In this document: piece by piece, positions 12,976 to 28,317 of the stretch
How the letters are laid out: each line of letters starts with the position of its first letter
Numbering within the stretch: position 1 is the first letter of the stretch
Source of the DNA: Octopus sinensis
Lineage: Eukaryota
Direction: 5' to 3'
Assembly: GCF_006345805.1 (NCBI RefSeq)
Contig: NC_043008.1
Coordinates: 38,068,001 to 38,132,000, forward strand
Length of the DNA stretch: 64,000 nt
The notes under the pieces: model-generated
What the model was told of the DNA's origin: nothing
Database searches by the model: none
Seen by the model: only the letters and a program-made list of their open reading frames with translations
Position numbers and translations under genes: made by a program

Positions 12976-15200
12976 AAGTTCTGATTTCCTTCAGTTATTT
13001 TAATTATGTAGCTTTGTCTATCTGAAAAACTAGAAACAAAATATCCTAGCTACATAAAACTGCCTTTACTCTAAAGCAGATATGAACCACTGGCCTCTAA
13101 GCTTGTTGTCCACTACCCTTTTGCCTTATGTACTATGTTTGTGCTCTTAGGATTTTAACAGACTAACAAAACGTAATATTACAACTCGAATATTACTGGC
13201 TCTGTTTCTTTCCAGGCTCTAATGAATAGCAATGTAGTCTTTTGGCACTCAATGGATTATTTCCAATTTTGTTTCCTTTTAACAATGGAACAAATTCATG
13301 ATAAGGACTGGAATGTTGATCCTTATGCTTTGATGTTATTGAAATGACCATGATAAGGATTGCAATGTTCATCATTATACTTTCATGTTACTGGAACGAC
13401 CATAATCAGAACAAAATATCTCAATCAATAAATACTGTGAAATATTTACAATGAAAATTAGAAAAAATTATAAAACAAAAAAAGAAAAATTAAAACTAAT
13501 AATATATTGGTAACAATGAGTAAATGACTTTGTAAACAAATTAGCAACTATATGGGTTTTTAATAATTTTATTTTCAAAGAGGAAAGAAACTAAATGAAA
13601 AGAAAACTATAATTTTGAAATGTGCTACATCTGGTATTCAACTATTTGATAAGCAAACTACCAGACACACTGCCATTGTAAAAAGCTTGTCAGAGATGAC
13701 TCCAAAGAATAATTTACAAAACAACAATAGCAACAACAACACAGTAACTGGCTGGAAGATAAAAGAAATTAGATAAACTATATCTGATAAACTGTGATCG
13801 TTATGATAGCATTAAAGAATAATGTTTCTTTCTGTAAACAAACTATATATACATATTATATAGTTTCGAATATTTTATTTATTCAAGAATTAGTATACTA
13901 GTCTAATATATTATGGTGGCCAGATGATATATAGATGATGAGTTTGTGGTCTAAATCACATACCTGGCTAGAATTAGTGATGTAACAAGGAGGGAAGGAT
14001 GAGCAGGTAATACCCACTTCCTGGATGCAAGTGGGAATGGTCAAAATATTTCTTTTTCTTTACCATACCTGTTAATTAAGGGACAAGGAGCACTCAGCAC
14101 TCAGCACTCAGCCCATTATATGGGATGGTTGGTGTTAGGAAGGGTATCCAGCTGTAAAACCCATGCCAAAACAGACACAGAATTCTGTTGCAGTCTTCTG
14201 CAAGGCCAGCTCCTATGAAACCATCCAACCCATGCCAGCATGGAAGGTGGACGTTAAACAATTATGTTAAAATGGGCGATGGTGTTACTATTCCTCTGAT
14301 GAACATTGTAATTTATCACTTCATTATTATATCTCAATCTTTCCATCCCAGAGCTTACTTTCTTTAACATTCCTTCTCCAAATATATTTGTTTCATAAAT
14401 TTTGTCTAGATATTTTATCCCCTCTTTACCCTACCATTCTAATCTTTCGTTTTGTATAAGGGCCAAGAAAGGCTATGGGGAGAGTCCTACTTTTAACTAA
14501 TTTTTAACTGTTTCTAACAAGCATACACCCAGAGATTTGGGAGTAGGGGATAGTTGGCTTAGTCAACCCCAGTACTTTACTGTTACTTTATCATATCAGT
14601 CCTGGGAGAATGAAAGGCAAAGTTGACCTCAGCAAGATTTGAACTTATGATCTGAGTAGCTGAGTCTGCTAATCCACCAACCTTTTCAAGTAAAAATAAT
14701 AATAATAATAATAATAACAAGCAAAATCACATAACATTTGTGCTGCCTGCTCTTTAGAGATATTTAAACTTATATTAAAACTACATAGCATATTATCTTC
14801 ATATGTACTTATAATAATGAACTGACATCTATGCAACAAGTATTCTGTAGCTTTCACACTAAAGTTCAACATTTTAATTTTACTAGCTTTAGACAATTTA
14901 CTGGGTGACTGAGCAAATATTGGCACCATTCATTATAATGCAAAGGATTTATCTATAACATTAGTAGGTAGGTGTAGTCTGGAATATGTTAATATGTTTT
15001 GATATCAGCTTTGTTAGACTGATATGCAAGATCAAATCCAAAGTGGTAAGATTTATGCGTGTGATTGGAACTAAATAGCACAACACTACAATTTTAATTC
15101 TATTTTAAATATGAACCTAGCTATATGTGAACTAAAAAGATAAAGGTCACCAAAATATATAGCACTGGGTCTGTATCAAATACTATTTCAGTACTGACCA

Positions 15201-15586
15201 TAGGTGTGGCTGTGTGGTAAGCAGTTTGCTTTCCAACCACTTGGCTCTGGATTCTGTCATACTTCATGGCAATATGGGCAACATTTTTCTACAAGAGCTG
15301 CAGGTCAACCAAAGACTTGTGAGTGGATTTGGTCGATGGAAACTTAAAGAAGCTTGTTGTATATGTGTGTATGTTTGTGATTGTACCCCACCACCGCTTG
15401 ATAATTAGTGTTGGTTTGTTTAGATCATCATTACTTAGTGGTTTGACAAAAGATTCTGACAGAATAAATACTAGACTTAAAAGATAAGAAGTGGGGTTGA
15501 CTTGTTTGACTAAACCCTTCAAGGCAGTGTCCCAGAATGGCTGCAGCCTAATGACTGATACAAGTAAACGATAAAGGATAGAAGAT
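15201..15586 (+). mobile_element. SINE family A, older full-length copy
   Basis: Collinear with the other family A copies from head to tail. Confidence 0.8.
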
Positions 15587-16599
15587 ATAATGATTAAATA
15601 ACAATGAAATAGTACAAAATATCAAACTTGACAGGGAGAATTAGTCAGAAGAGAATTAGCATTTCAAGTTAACTTGACTGAGATTGAAACCACACCACAT
15701 AGATCCAGTTTGATGATAACTTATTATCAACTTCCCTTTCTTAGCAGTAATAATTTCTCAAATAGATATAAAACTCAACATTTATAGAGGATGGTTATAG
15801 TTGATGGAAGCAACCTTAATACTGGTTTTATTGACTCTTATGCAGGATAAAAGACAAAGTCAACGTTAGCAAGATTCGGACACAAAAGAAAGGGAATATG
15901 AAACTAAATCCCGTTCTAAGTCCATTATCCCACTGTTTCATTCACTTCATTGCTTATCAGTTTCAACAATAATAGTATACCAGCCTAATGTTATAGCTGA
16001 AAGATGAAATATTGGCAATGATGGTCATTCAACCATGAAGCTCTTTAACAATGTTTATGCAAATGTTTCTCTGATCTGAATCTTGCAATATTCTTCAATT
16101 TATAAGTCTCTTTTACAAATGGGATTCTGGGATAGTCTATTAGAAATATTCTATTCAATTTCTATGTCTTATGTACTTAATTATACATTATCTAAATCCA
16201 CCTAGCTTTAGGGTTTAGGTACTAAAATATCTAAAAATGTTATGAGTCATAGACTGGCATCATATCCTTGGGTTTATTTATCTCTCTCAACTGCTTCATG
16301 ATAAAATCAAACTGACCTGAAGTCACTTATGCTTAATTGCTTCTTGGAAATTCTAGAGTTATCAAAATTTACATTACTTCTTTAAGTAGTCTTCAGTTGT
16401 CAGGAAAGTCTATTGTAGGATCAATTGTTATTCTTCAATTAAGTTCTGTTATTATTTGTTCTTGGGCTCTTTCAATCTTTTTAGCAAAAGCTATCGTATT
16501 AATATTGAGGCACAGAAGATTTCTGTTCTGTTTCTGTATCATGTTGGTGAAAACATACACATCTCTGGGAATATGGTAGTTACTTTGAAAGCCTTCCAT

Positions 16600-17175
<576 letters not shown>

Positions 17176-17976
17176 TCATTGTGTATGTTAGTTTTGACAA
17201 GTATTCATCTCATTATTCAAGGTTTCGAATTCAGAAATAATCTTCAGGTGATGATAGATAGTAGAAAAGGTGCCTGTACTGATAAAAATGACAGAAATAG
17301 GGAGAACGGAGACATTACGGTTGTTTGAGGCGATAGGTTGGCAGGACTGAAGAACAAATTATTGCTTTGTTAGTTTGCAATGCCAAGCTGAAATGTTGAT
17401 ATGACCAGAAGAGCAACACCACCAACACCAACACCAACACCAACAACAATTGGATCCCATTTGTCTCATATGGAACTCATTCAGGCTCATCACTCACAGA
17501 GGAATACCATTGATCATAGGAAGTCAGGTAATTGACTCAATCATCTGAGAACAGATGGATCATTAAAACTAAACCTACGCACATACACCCAGAGAGTATA
17601 CTGTTCATATACAAACACCACAAAAGATGAGGTTAATAGTCCAATCAACCTTTACTATTCTTCTAATAACTCATTTTCGAAATATACAAATATAATTATT
17701 CATGAATTCGTAAAGGGAATATTTCATAAATAGAATATTTTTATTTCCTCCTACCTCTTCTCTTCCCCTGACATTGTTTCATTTCATAATTTCTAATGTT
17801 TGTAGCTTACTGATCTACAAAGCTGAACAGAAACTCTTCCAAACCTCACCTCATGACATGGCACTCATAAGAAGACCAAATCGTAATATAATATTTAGAT
17901 ATAATGTAATATAATTTCATATTATACATTATTGAATCTATTCAACAATTTCAAAGTTCTTTTAAGCGTACTTGTC

Positions 17977-18011
<35 letters not shown>

Positions 18012-19505
18012 GGCAAATAGTTCTGATGATTATCAGTGTCATTATAATTGAAGGGGAAACATAATTTTAACAAATATTAGTTTAAATTGTTAATAATCAC
18101 CTACTTTTATTGTTGATGGTCATGAAGATTTCACTATGTACAAAGGTGTTATGTAATTTCAAATGTTAAAAGAGACATTTTATTCCTATAAAACGTATTC
18201 TCAAACATATGCTTCTCAAAACAATGTTTACCGTTCTTGTCACTCAACAATCTTGTTATTTCAAATTCCATAAATTATTATCTGCTTTAAATTGACGGTA
18301 ATGTCTTTTTTCCTAAGAAAGATATAATTAATTAATTAAATTGTAATTATAGATTCCCACTTCCTTAATGAAAGTGAGCATGTATGTTGTGTTATAAGTG
18401 GAAATTTCAACATATTTTGATAATTAAGAACCAAAATAGTAATTAGCAAAGGAATGTTTCTTAGCTTCTGCTGCATGAAAAGATTCTGTGAGATTTAGAT
18501 CACTAATAAGATTGAATAAATTGGAATGTAAGACTATTTTTAACATGTTAGTTTTTGATGCATTAATGAATGATAAGAGAAAGTTATCCTAACCTCTTCC
18601 AACTAATGTTTCATCAGAGGCAGTTTCCACAAAATAACAACCAAACGAGTAAGTTAATTACCAAGTTATAAAAGTATCTTAAAACAGCACCACAATTATT
18701 AAATTTTCAGATAATATGCTGCACCCTGTGTTGTTTTATTAACTGCTTACAAAAACAAGTAGAGAGGATAAGAGAGCACTTTATATCCGTATTTATAATT
18801 TTTCTACAGCTTCAATCATTTATTATGAATTCTAAATTTATAAACAATTCAAATAAAATGTAGTCAATTTCTATATGAGGAAAATGTATTAATTGCTTTT
18901 TTAAAAATATATTAATTGGATATAATTGTAATTCTTGTTAGGGCTATCCTGTTGTTTGGGATGGACTCAATTTAAATTATTAATGGGAAAAAATACTCAA
19001 GGGCATGGAATTTAAATAAACCTTTGAAAATATAATATTTAAGGAGTGATAAGCTTTGTTTTATTGTAATATCAATAAAATGAGAATAATTATAGAAATG
19101 CAAAATGATTTATAAAATGGTAATTTGTTGTTTTTATTCATTAATATAAAGTAAATCAGCAGGAGTTGGATAATAATGAGTTTAGGTAGGCTGCATTATA
19201 TCAGATTGCTGTAAGGAAATGTGTGAATACATTTTTATTTTAACTAATTAATTCTTCCTTTAGAATGTTAAATAAATAAAAAAAAATTGATATAAACATT
19301 TCTCCTTAAATAGATGCAATGCATTAATAAAAATATTATTTTAATGAAAATAAAAATTACAAAAGAAAGAAAACACAAGGAACAACATTGATTTCAACCC
19401 ATTGGAGGACACCTTTGAAATTTAAAAGCAGGTCTGATCATTCCTTAAATTGTAACAAGAATAAAGAATATACATGATTTTTTTTTTTCAGAATCTTAAA
19501 AACAG

Positions 19506-19611
19506 TCAAAATAACACAAACAATTCAGAATATATTTTAACAAACCAATAACATAAAATGGTTTTAAAGCATTCCACTAAAACAATATTCCATGCAGAAG
19601 AACTCATTTCA
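19506..19611 (-). CDS. Candidate terminal exon encoding a hydrophobic, GPI-signal-like C-terminus
   Basis: Long polypyrimidine tract ctttatttctctgtctctttccctcacataaacacttactcacag| lies about 120 nt downstream of exon A. With the phase-2 donor at 19733 it reads (T)EMSSSAWNIVLVECFKTILCYWFVKIYSELFVLF*; with the phase-1 donor it reads VK*. No transcript evidence. Confidence 0.3.
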
Positions 19612-19728
19612 CTGTGAGTAAGTGTTTATGTGAGGGAAAGAGACAGAGAAATAAAGATTGTTAGACAAGAGTTTTGATAACAGTAACATGTGCAACGCAT
19701 TCAAATAGAGGGAGACTAAATTACTAAC

Positions 19729-20022
19729 CATACGTATTTAAAACATTCACTTTAAATCGAGTGACTTCCAGGTCAGATGTTCGGCACACATAGATGCCGT
19801 CATCTCCAGTGTTACTCCGTGCTATTTTTAGCTCACTGATAAGAGTTCTTGGAGAGACTTGACGTCGAGTTATTATAACTCTTCGTAAGACGCCCCTCGT
19901 AATGATTTCTCCGTCCTTGTACCATGTGATGTCCCGAGGAGACTGTACACTGTTGGTAGCATTACAGATCAAGTGGATGGGTTCTGTGTTCTGAACATAG
20001 GCTGTGCCTGTAAGAGTTATAT
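19729..20022 (-). CDS. Internal Ig-domain exon A of a Dpr/zig-8-like cell-surface Ig protein
   Basis: Acceptor tttgttgtttgcag|AT (AG at 20024-20023). Translation (D)ITLTGTAYVQNTEPIHLICNATNSVQSPRDITWYKDGEIITRGVLRRVIITRRQVSPRTLISELKIARSNTGDDGIYVCRTSDLEVTRFKVNVLNTY has the Ig hallmarks L-x-C, W-Y-K-D-G, D-x-G-x-Y-x-C and an NAT sequon. Donor TAT G|gttagt at 19728; 294 nt, phase 1-1. The family label comes from remembered similarity to molluscan zig-8/dpr-like second Ig domains, not from a search. Confidence 0.92.
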
Positions 20023-20502
20023 CTGCAAACAACAAATATACTTTACTGGTGAATATTTTTTGGGTGGGCGGGGGATACTGGTCCTAGGTCTAAGTCAACC
20101 AGTAGATCGATTCTTTTTAAGGTTTCTGAACTTTTGAAGAAACTTCCAAAAAATGTACAATGCCTTCAGATAGATAACTTTGAAGGGATGAAAATAAATG
20201 CCCACACTTTTTTCTACAGTTCGTGCTTCATTTTACTATTTGCCCTTCAAAAATAATTCTGTTCTGTTTGTTTAAAAAAGGATAATGAAGGGATAGAATC
20301 ATAGGAGATCTTAAAGTACAGCTAAGTTCTTAATTGTTAAAGTATTATAAATAAAGAGAATATCTAATGAGCAATACCTTGTATATATATACATATACAT
20401 TCATATATATGTAAACCATTTGTTTTATTATCTATACACACATAAACACATATATACATACATAAATATATATGTATACATATATATATGTATATATATA
20501 TG

Positions 20503-20584
<82 letters not shown>

Positions 20585-20696
20585 ACAAGTTAAAAATGAT
20601 GGTCATTACATATTTTTCCTTTACCAGAGTAAATTTGGCTTACAGTTGTTTCTAGTAGTCATTGTAAGTACATTACTGATGGGTTTATTCAATTGG

Positions 20697-20742
<46 letters not shown>

Positions 20743-23292
20743 CTAGTACCACGTTTTTAGTATTGCTATGTGTAAGTGAAACATTAAATATATGTATATA
20801 TAATGATATATTATCTAAAATGATGCCCCAAAATAAATGAAATGTATATACACAACATGATTAAGTCTGAATATATTTGAGTTTGGGCTGACAGCAAAAT
20901 TTATATATGTGAGTGTGTGTGTGCATGAGTGTGTGGTGTGTGTGTGTGTGTGCATATGTATGTGTATGCATGTATATATATATTTACATCTATATCTATC
21001 TTATATGTATATACACACAGAGACACACACACACATACACACAAAATAATACTTAAGTTAAAATTAAAAGACTTGGTGTTCTAAGATGATATTCCTTAGA
21101 AATCGATTTTTCTGTGTTTTAGAGAATAACAGTTGCTCAATGTTGATTCATGGCTCCGATTCTAAATCATCTGCGTCATAAGAATGCTTAAAATAATTGG
21201 TGAGTTGAAGAAAAGATCGAGTTCTTTAATGTCGGGTCTAGTGTGATTCGCTGTGACAAAGTATTGGCTAACATGAAATGACAATAATTAGTCCTCGGTA
21301 TACAATGCTATCCCAGAACCAAACTATTGAATTATCATCTTTTGTGTCCTGCTGACATGAACTATCATCTCATCACTATTGACTTACTAATTTTCTCTCG
21401 TATTTGACTTGACTTTTGCTTTGCTAACATGTTTTTAATGCCTTTTATTCAAATTTATAATTATCAAGTAATATCAGGTGGTTTGATATGTTGAGATATT
21501 TTTGCTCCGATCAATGATCATTCTTTCTTATTATAATATAGTGTATTTTTTGTATTCTCTTTATCTCACAGCAAATGAATTATATGGTTATCTCATGCCC
21601 TGATTTTCAGGAACATATACAATGAACCATCGCCAATTCCTAACCATCATCTGTGAACTAAAGCTTGTGAATTATCCTAACTATTGCAGTCTTTTATGAC
21701 TGAGTTATGCTTATGACGGCTATGATGTGAGAAGTGGAACTCTTCTGCAGCTTCTGATATGATACTACTAGGAAATGGAATCTTTTGCTGCTAAAATTCT
21801 CAGGTGATCTGGTACCTGTTTTTGAAAGTTAGGTGAAATATGTTTATCTAACATACAATGAAATGCAGCAAATTTGAAGTTGTTAATAATCCACTACATT
21901 TACTCAGTTATTCAATTTTTGCCGATATTATTTCTTACGGTAGCATCAATAAAGAAATGAAATATAAGAGCACCGTAATATAGAAATGGAACAGAAATAT
22001 AACTACACAACATAACAATTCTTTCTCAACCATTTCAATTACAGACTTTTGACATGCTATGTTTTTTACAGACTTTGTTTACAAATATAACCTTTACCTC
22101 ATTAAAAAGTAGTCATAACAACCAAGTCCAAAATTATTCTATGTAAACTATTTCTATTTCGTTACGATATTTTTTCTAGACGTTTCACTTTCCACTATTT
22201 TCTGTTCTGTGATATTCTTGTTCTATGTTAACATCATCTCACCTTATGCATTGTTTATGATATCATGTTATTAAATAAGCTTATTCAGGCTAACAGTAAA
22301 TTTCAAGCTGATTATTCTATTGTGTATGTTGGTAATTAACATTCAGTTTCTTTCTGTGAAAAACAGAATAAATGTCAACTCCAGCTTTCTTTCTTCACTA
22401 ACACATTCTCTAGTAAATCTTATTATAATAGGTTTATAAATAATTTATGAGTATTTAAGAGAAATATTGCTAAAATACTGTTACAAATTAAAAACAAAAG
22501 ATCTACCATGAAGTTCAACATATGGCATATCCCAGCAAAAACATCACGGGAGATTGTTACGAGAGTTGAAAAAAATTTAGCAGGGTCATTTTAGATAAAA
22601 TAATTTTTGTTAATAATAAGGAAATGAATATTAAGAAAATATACATAATTGATATACGCTAATAAAATTGAATTAGGCAAAGTTCATACGGCAAATAAAT
22701 ACTTCTGGTTCAGTCTCAAAAATATTGCTTTTGTAAAAGATAATGTATTTCTCATCCAACAAAATGCATAGGACTGAGACAAAGGAAAAGATTTTCCCTG
22801 GAATGCAAGCTAGTCTCTTTCACAAAACATTCCCCGAAAAGTTTGGTTTTTTATTCTTTGAGTAAAGCCTTGAATATGTGAGGAAAGCCTAAATGTCAAT
22901 CTTACTGAGGCAGACTTCAAAGACTACAACTTAATTAAAGCTTTGTAGAATTAGTATAGTTGAGAGAAGAATTTTCCAATATATAAAGTATCTAATCTGT
23001 TCTAGGAAATATTTCTGGAAAAGCTTGGTTTTTATTCTCTAAGTAAGCTATTCAATGTAAAATTGTTCTGTCAAGAATTGTAATAAAATTTTACAAGATT
23101 ACATGATTAACACATCTGTAACTGATACTGAATGAGAAAGAGCTGTGATTCGTGACACTATGTGATGATCCACCCACTCAAGCAGTCATAGTAATATTGT
23201 CATTAAAATAATGCTAACGTAGGAGGTTCAAATGAATAGCATATCTACATCTGGCTTCTTGCTCATTATATTCCTCTTAAGACTTTTGATAC

Positions 23293-23524
23293 CTATTTCT
23301 TTACTACCCACAAGGAGCTCAATGCAGAGGGGACAAACAAGGACAGACAAACGAATTAAGTCGATTATATCAACCCCAGTGCGTAACTGGTACTTAATTT
23401 ATCGACCCCGAAGGAATGAAAAATAAAGTCGACCTTGGCGGAATTTGAACTCAGAATGCAGTGGTGGACAAAATACCACAAAGCATTTGCCGGCATGCTA
23501 ACGTTTCTGCCAGCTCGCCGCCTT
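23293..23524 (-). mobile_element. SINE family B monomer
   Basis: Reverse complement of ggcggcgagctggcagaaacgttagc...ctgagttcaaattccgcc...gtcgataaattaagtaccag...ccttgtgggtagtaaagaaata. Confidence 0.9.
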
Positions 23525-23725
23525 TTGATACCACCTACGACTTTGCCTGATTCTTAGTTTGAAAGTGATCTAAATTAAAAACTTTCATCAAAATTTTATA
23601 TGAACTCATGTTCCTAACACCAGTCTAATAATGGTAAAGTTGCTACACTAAATTCTTCACTATTTTCAAAATTAATTGAAACAGAATGTGTCTTCCAACA
23701 GAAGTGTAATAACAAAAGGCTTAAA
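23521..23725. mobile_element. Decayed relative of the 55914 MITE
   Basis: Begins ccttttgatacc, carries tgttcctaacaccag and aaaattaattgaaac motifs (present in inverted form in the 55914 copy), and ends aaaaggcttaa. Confidence 0.55.
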
Positions 23726-24659
23726 CTGCATATGTTGCCACATCATTACTCTTCTACTTATCAATTACCCTCTCGACGATTCATTGTACCATGACACTTC
23801 TGTAACAAAAGTCGGCACTTGATCTGACCATATTTGATTCTTTTCACTCTTTAGGTCTCTACTTCCATTTTACATTTACCCTTTATCTTTCTACCCATTT
23901 TATCATGAAACCTGTGTAGGGAGAGATGACGCTGGATCAGCCCATATTCAATACCCTTTACCATCACCTTTCTTTATTGTTAAGCATTACTTTTTTTCCC
24001 CATTGCATTCTCCAGGGACATCTGCCTCTTTTACTTAACATCTCTTTTGCTATCCTTCATTAGTTCTGTTTTACTATCATCTAGATTATTAATATTCATT
24101 TCCTTAGACTCTCTTTCTCTTTCTTTCACTTACTCTCTCTCTCTCTTTTACTATCCTCTCCTCTGTTACTCTTTGTTGATATAAATCTCTTCTATGACCT
24201 TACACTTCCCTCTATACTCTCCCTCTCTCCATCATGCCACTCCTGCTCTCTCTTCTAGTCAGTCTTCTTCAGTTACATTTGCCTTAAACAATCATAAACA
24301 ACTTTGAGTAGAGCAGACCCTTTAGCATTGTAGGAGACAAAGTAACATCCCTAATTAGTGATGCCTTAATTAAAAACGAATCCATTGCTCTGTGTAAAGT
24401 TGCAGACAAACAAACATAAGCACTGTCATGTAGAAAGATCTCCTTAGTTATGCTTGGAACATAACAACCTCTCTAATACGGATGCCATGATAAAATAAAC
24501 TTAGGACATGTTGTAAAGTGGTTTACAACATCAAGCCATAGAAACCATGGCAATACAACCCACCTAGAAGCCCACTAACTCTGGATAAGAGCTGATTTGG
24601 AATATAGCAACTCATCAAACTCATACCATCATAGAAGGCAGATGTAAAACAATGTTAAT

Positions 24660-24765
24660 GATGATATATACACACAAACACACACACACGTACATTCCTC
24701 TCTCTCTCTCTATATATATATATATACATACATACACACACACACATAGACATTCATACATATAC

Positions 24766-24818
<53 letters not shown>

Positions 24819-24844
24819 TGTGTGTATATATATGTATATATCTA

Positions 24845-24877
<33 letters not shown>

Positions 24878-24914
24878 GTCTATCTATCTGTCTATCTATC
24901 TATCTATCTATCTA

Positions 24915-24953
<39 letters not shown>

Positions 24954-24960
24954 ATGTGTG
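24660..24960. repeat. Compound (CA)/(TA)/(TG)/(TCTA)n microsatellite
   Basis: Directly visible. Confidence 0.95.
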
Positions 24961-25377
24961 TGTGTAATTTAAAATTTGTGCAATTAAACAATTGATGAGA
25001 ATCTGTAATCTGTTTACATGTAAAATCAATAATGAATATGATAGATAATTATATATGCTGTGCTCAGGTGTCTTACTCTCACCTTTAGTTAACTCCCAGT
25101 ACATGAGTCGTTAACTGCAGATGCTAATTTCCGCAAATGGTTCCATGAATTATGCGCAATTATTATTTCTATCACTTTCAAATTACCATTCATTTACAAT
25201 AAGAAAATAATATTTCTGCAAAAGTAGCATAAGCCGCCTGTGTCTGCTGTTACTATTTCTGTAAACTCGAAAAATTTGAACAAAAAAATATTATTGTGCA
25301 GTTAAATGAACAACTTCATAACTGCTTAATTCCATTAGACCTTCACATATAAAATAATTAATCTAATCCTAGTTAGA

Positions 25378-25442
<65 letters not shown>

Positions 25443-25471
25443 AGTTCATAATAATAATAATAATAATAATA

Positions 25472-26390
<919 letters not shown>

Positions 26391-26846
26391 CTAATTATGA
26401 TAATAATATTCAGTTAAATATCAATGCATTTATTTGAACCTCTTGTAAAGAGTTTTAAAAATTAAATCAGATTTCCAAATTGAAAAAATATTAAAGAAAT
26501 ATATCTGTTGTAATAAGATGCTCAGTTATAAAATGATACAGTAGTTATTACAGAGGTATATCATCTTGTTTTTGTTATTTAAGTTTTGTACTTGATAATC
26601 AGTTATCTCGTAATGAACTCCATTTGTTAGAAAATTTCTTATTTGAACAAAACTGGTGTTAAAATGGATTTTGTGTCGAAATAATTTATGGGTTTGAAGG
26701 AAACTAAATGCAAAAGCACCTCCTCTTATATAAATTGCTCATATTCAAGATACTGGGAATGTATATTCAGGTTTAGATTAAGCTAGCACTTTCACAAAAT
26801 ACTTCTGAAATTAAGGATTTAATATATATTAAATTATGTCTTGTAT

Positions 26847-27226
26847 TTTTTTACTTGTTTTAGTCATTTGCTTGTGGCCATTCTGAGACATTCCATAAAG
26901 GGTCTAGTTTATCAAAATCAGCTCCAGTAATTATTTTAAGTCTGGCGTCTGGCACTTATTCTACCAGTATCCTTTTGTTAAGCCACCAAGACATATAAAT
27001 ATAAACAAACCAACAATGGTTGTCAGATAGTAAGAAGAAAATCCAAGAATTACACACACACGCACTGTTATAACTGATGCACTGTCATACTATTAAATTC
27101 ACTTCAAGGCTTCGGTTGGCCCAAAGCCATAGTAGAAGACACATGTCCCAGGAGTTGCACAGTGTAAGGATGAACTGGCATCAAGATGGCAGCAAACAAA
27201 CATTTTAGCTACATAGTCATATCTGT
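26847..27226 (-). mobile_element. SINE family A, decayed
   Basis: Tail ttttacttgttttagtcattt through ccatagtagaagacac and a degenerate head. Confidence 0.65.
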
Positions 27227-27276
27227 GAGTACTATTATTATTATTACTATTATTATTATTATTATTATTATTATTA

Positions 27277-27334
<58 letters not shown>

Positions 27335-27887
27335 ATTCATTTATTAATATTTCCTTTCTGTCTATTTATTGTTAATATTTCTTGACTTTTCAAAATGAAA
27401 TATGTCACCAGTCAATAGGTGGTTAGCATTCATCTAAGTCTAGAGGAAACCAGTAGAATCTAATTCCTTTTCTATTCACATTTACAAACAAAAGTAATTG
27501 AATTCTGTGTGGCTGGCTACTTATCAATTTTACAGGACTACTCTTGAACACAATGCTAAGTAGAGTGAGCTGGATTAAATCATTTGAAAGTCAAGTGTTT
27601 TAATTTCACATCTGACGAAATGACAGAATATGAAACATTGATCTTCCAACTAATTTACCTTGTATGCTACCATCTTAACTGTTTATGACTTGCCAGTGTA
27701 TCCGTGATACAATAGTAAGTTTGTACTTGTTAAATTTGTCAAGTAAGTCATAAAATTTCAAGGTTTGTTCGTACTCTCGGTGAAAATTAGAACTTAGTTG
27801 AGAAATTCCTTTTAGATGAAACAAAAATTTGAGAGAAAACATAACTTTTAATTTCTACTTTGTAGTGCAATGATATATATGTCTCTG

Positions 27888-28306
27888 TTACTCTTTACTC
27901 TTTGCTCTTTTACTTGTTTGAGTCATTTGACTGTGGCCATGCTGGAGCACCACCTTTTGTCAAACAAATCGACCCCATGACTTATTCTTTGTAAGTCTAG
28001 TACTTATTCTATCGGTCTCTTTTGCTGAACCACTAAGTTACAGGGACATAAACACACCACCATCGGTTGTCAAGCGATGTTGGGGGGACTAACACAGACA
28101 CACAAACATATACACACATATACATATATAAATACATATATACGATGGACTTCTTTCAGTTTCCATCTACCAAATGCACTCACAAGGCTTTGGTCGGCGA
28201 GAGGCTATAGTAGAAGGCACTTGCCCAAGGGGCCACGCAGTGGGACTGAACCCAGAACCATGTGGTTATTAAGCAAGCTACTTACCACATAGCCCCTCCT
28301 GCACCT
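27888..28306 (-). mobile_element. SINE family A, full length, abutting the tRNA-Asp pseudogene
   Basis: Collinear reverse complement of family A; the head ends at 28306, next to the tRNA oligo-T. Confidence 0.9.
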
Positions 28307-28317
28307 AAAATATGAGC

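Noticed and set aside
13650-13751. Strong acceptor followed by hydrophobic frames (PVTVLLLLLLF... / ASYCVVVAIVVL*)
   Set aside because: The hydrophobicity comes from a (TTG)n repeat and there is no independent support.
15947-15996. Phase-1 acceptor followed by AITLGW..., echoing the start of exon A
   Set aside because: It stops after 16 codons, has no Cys or Trp Ig pattern, and runs into a SINE.
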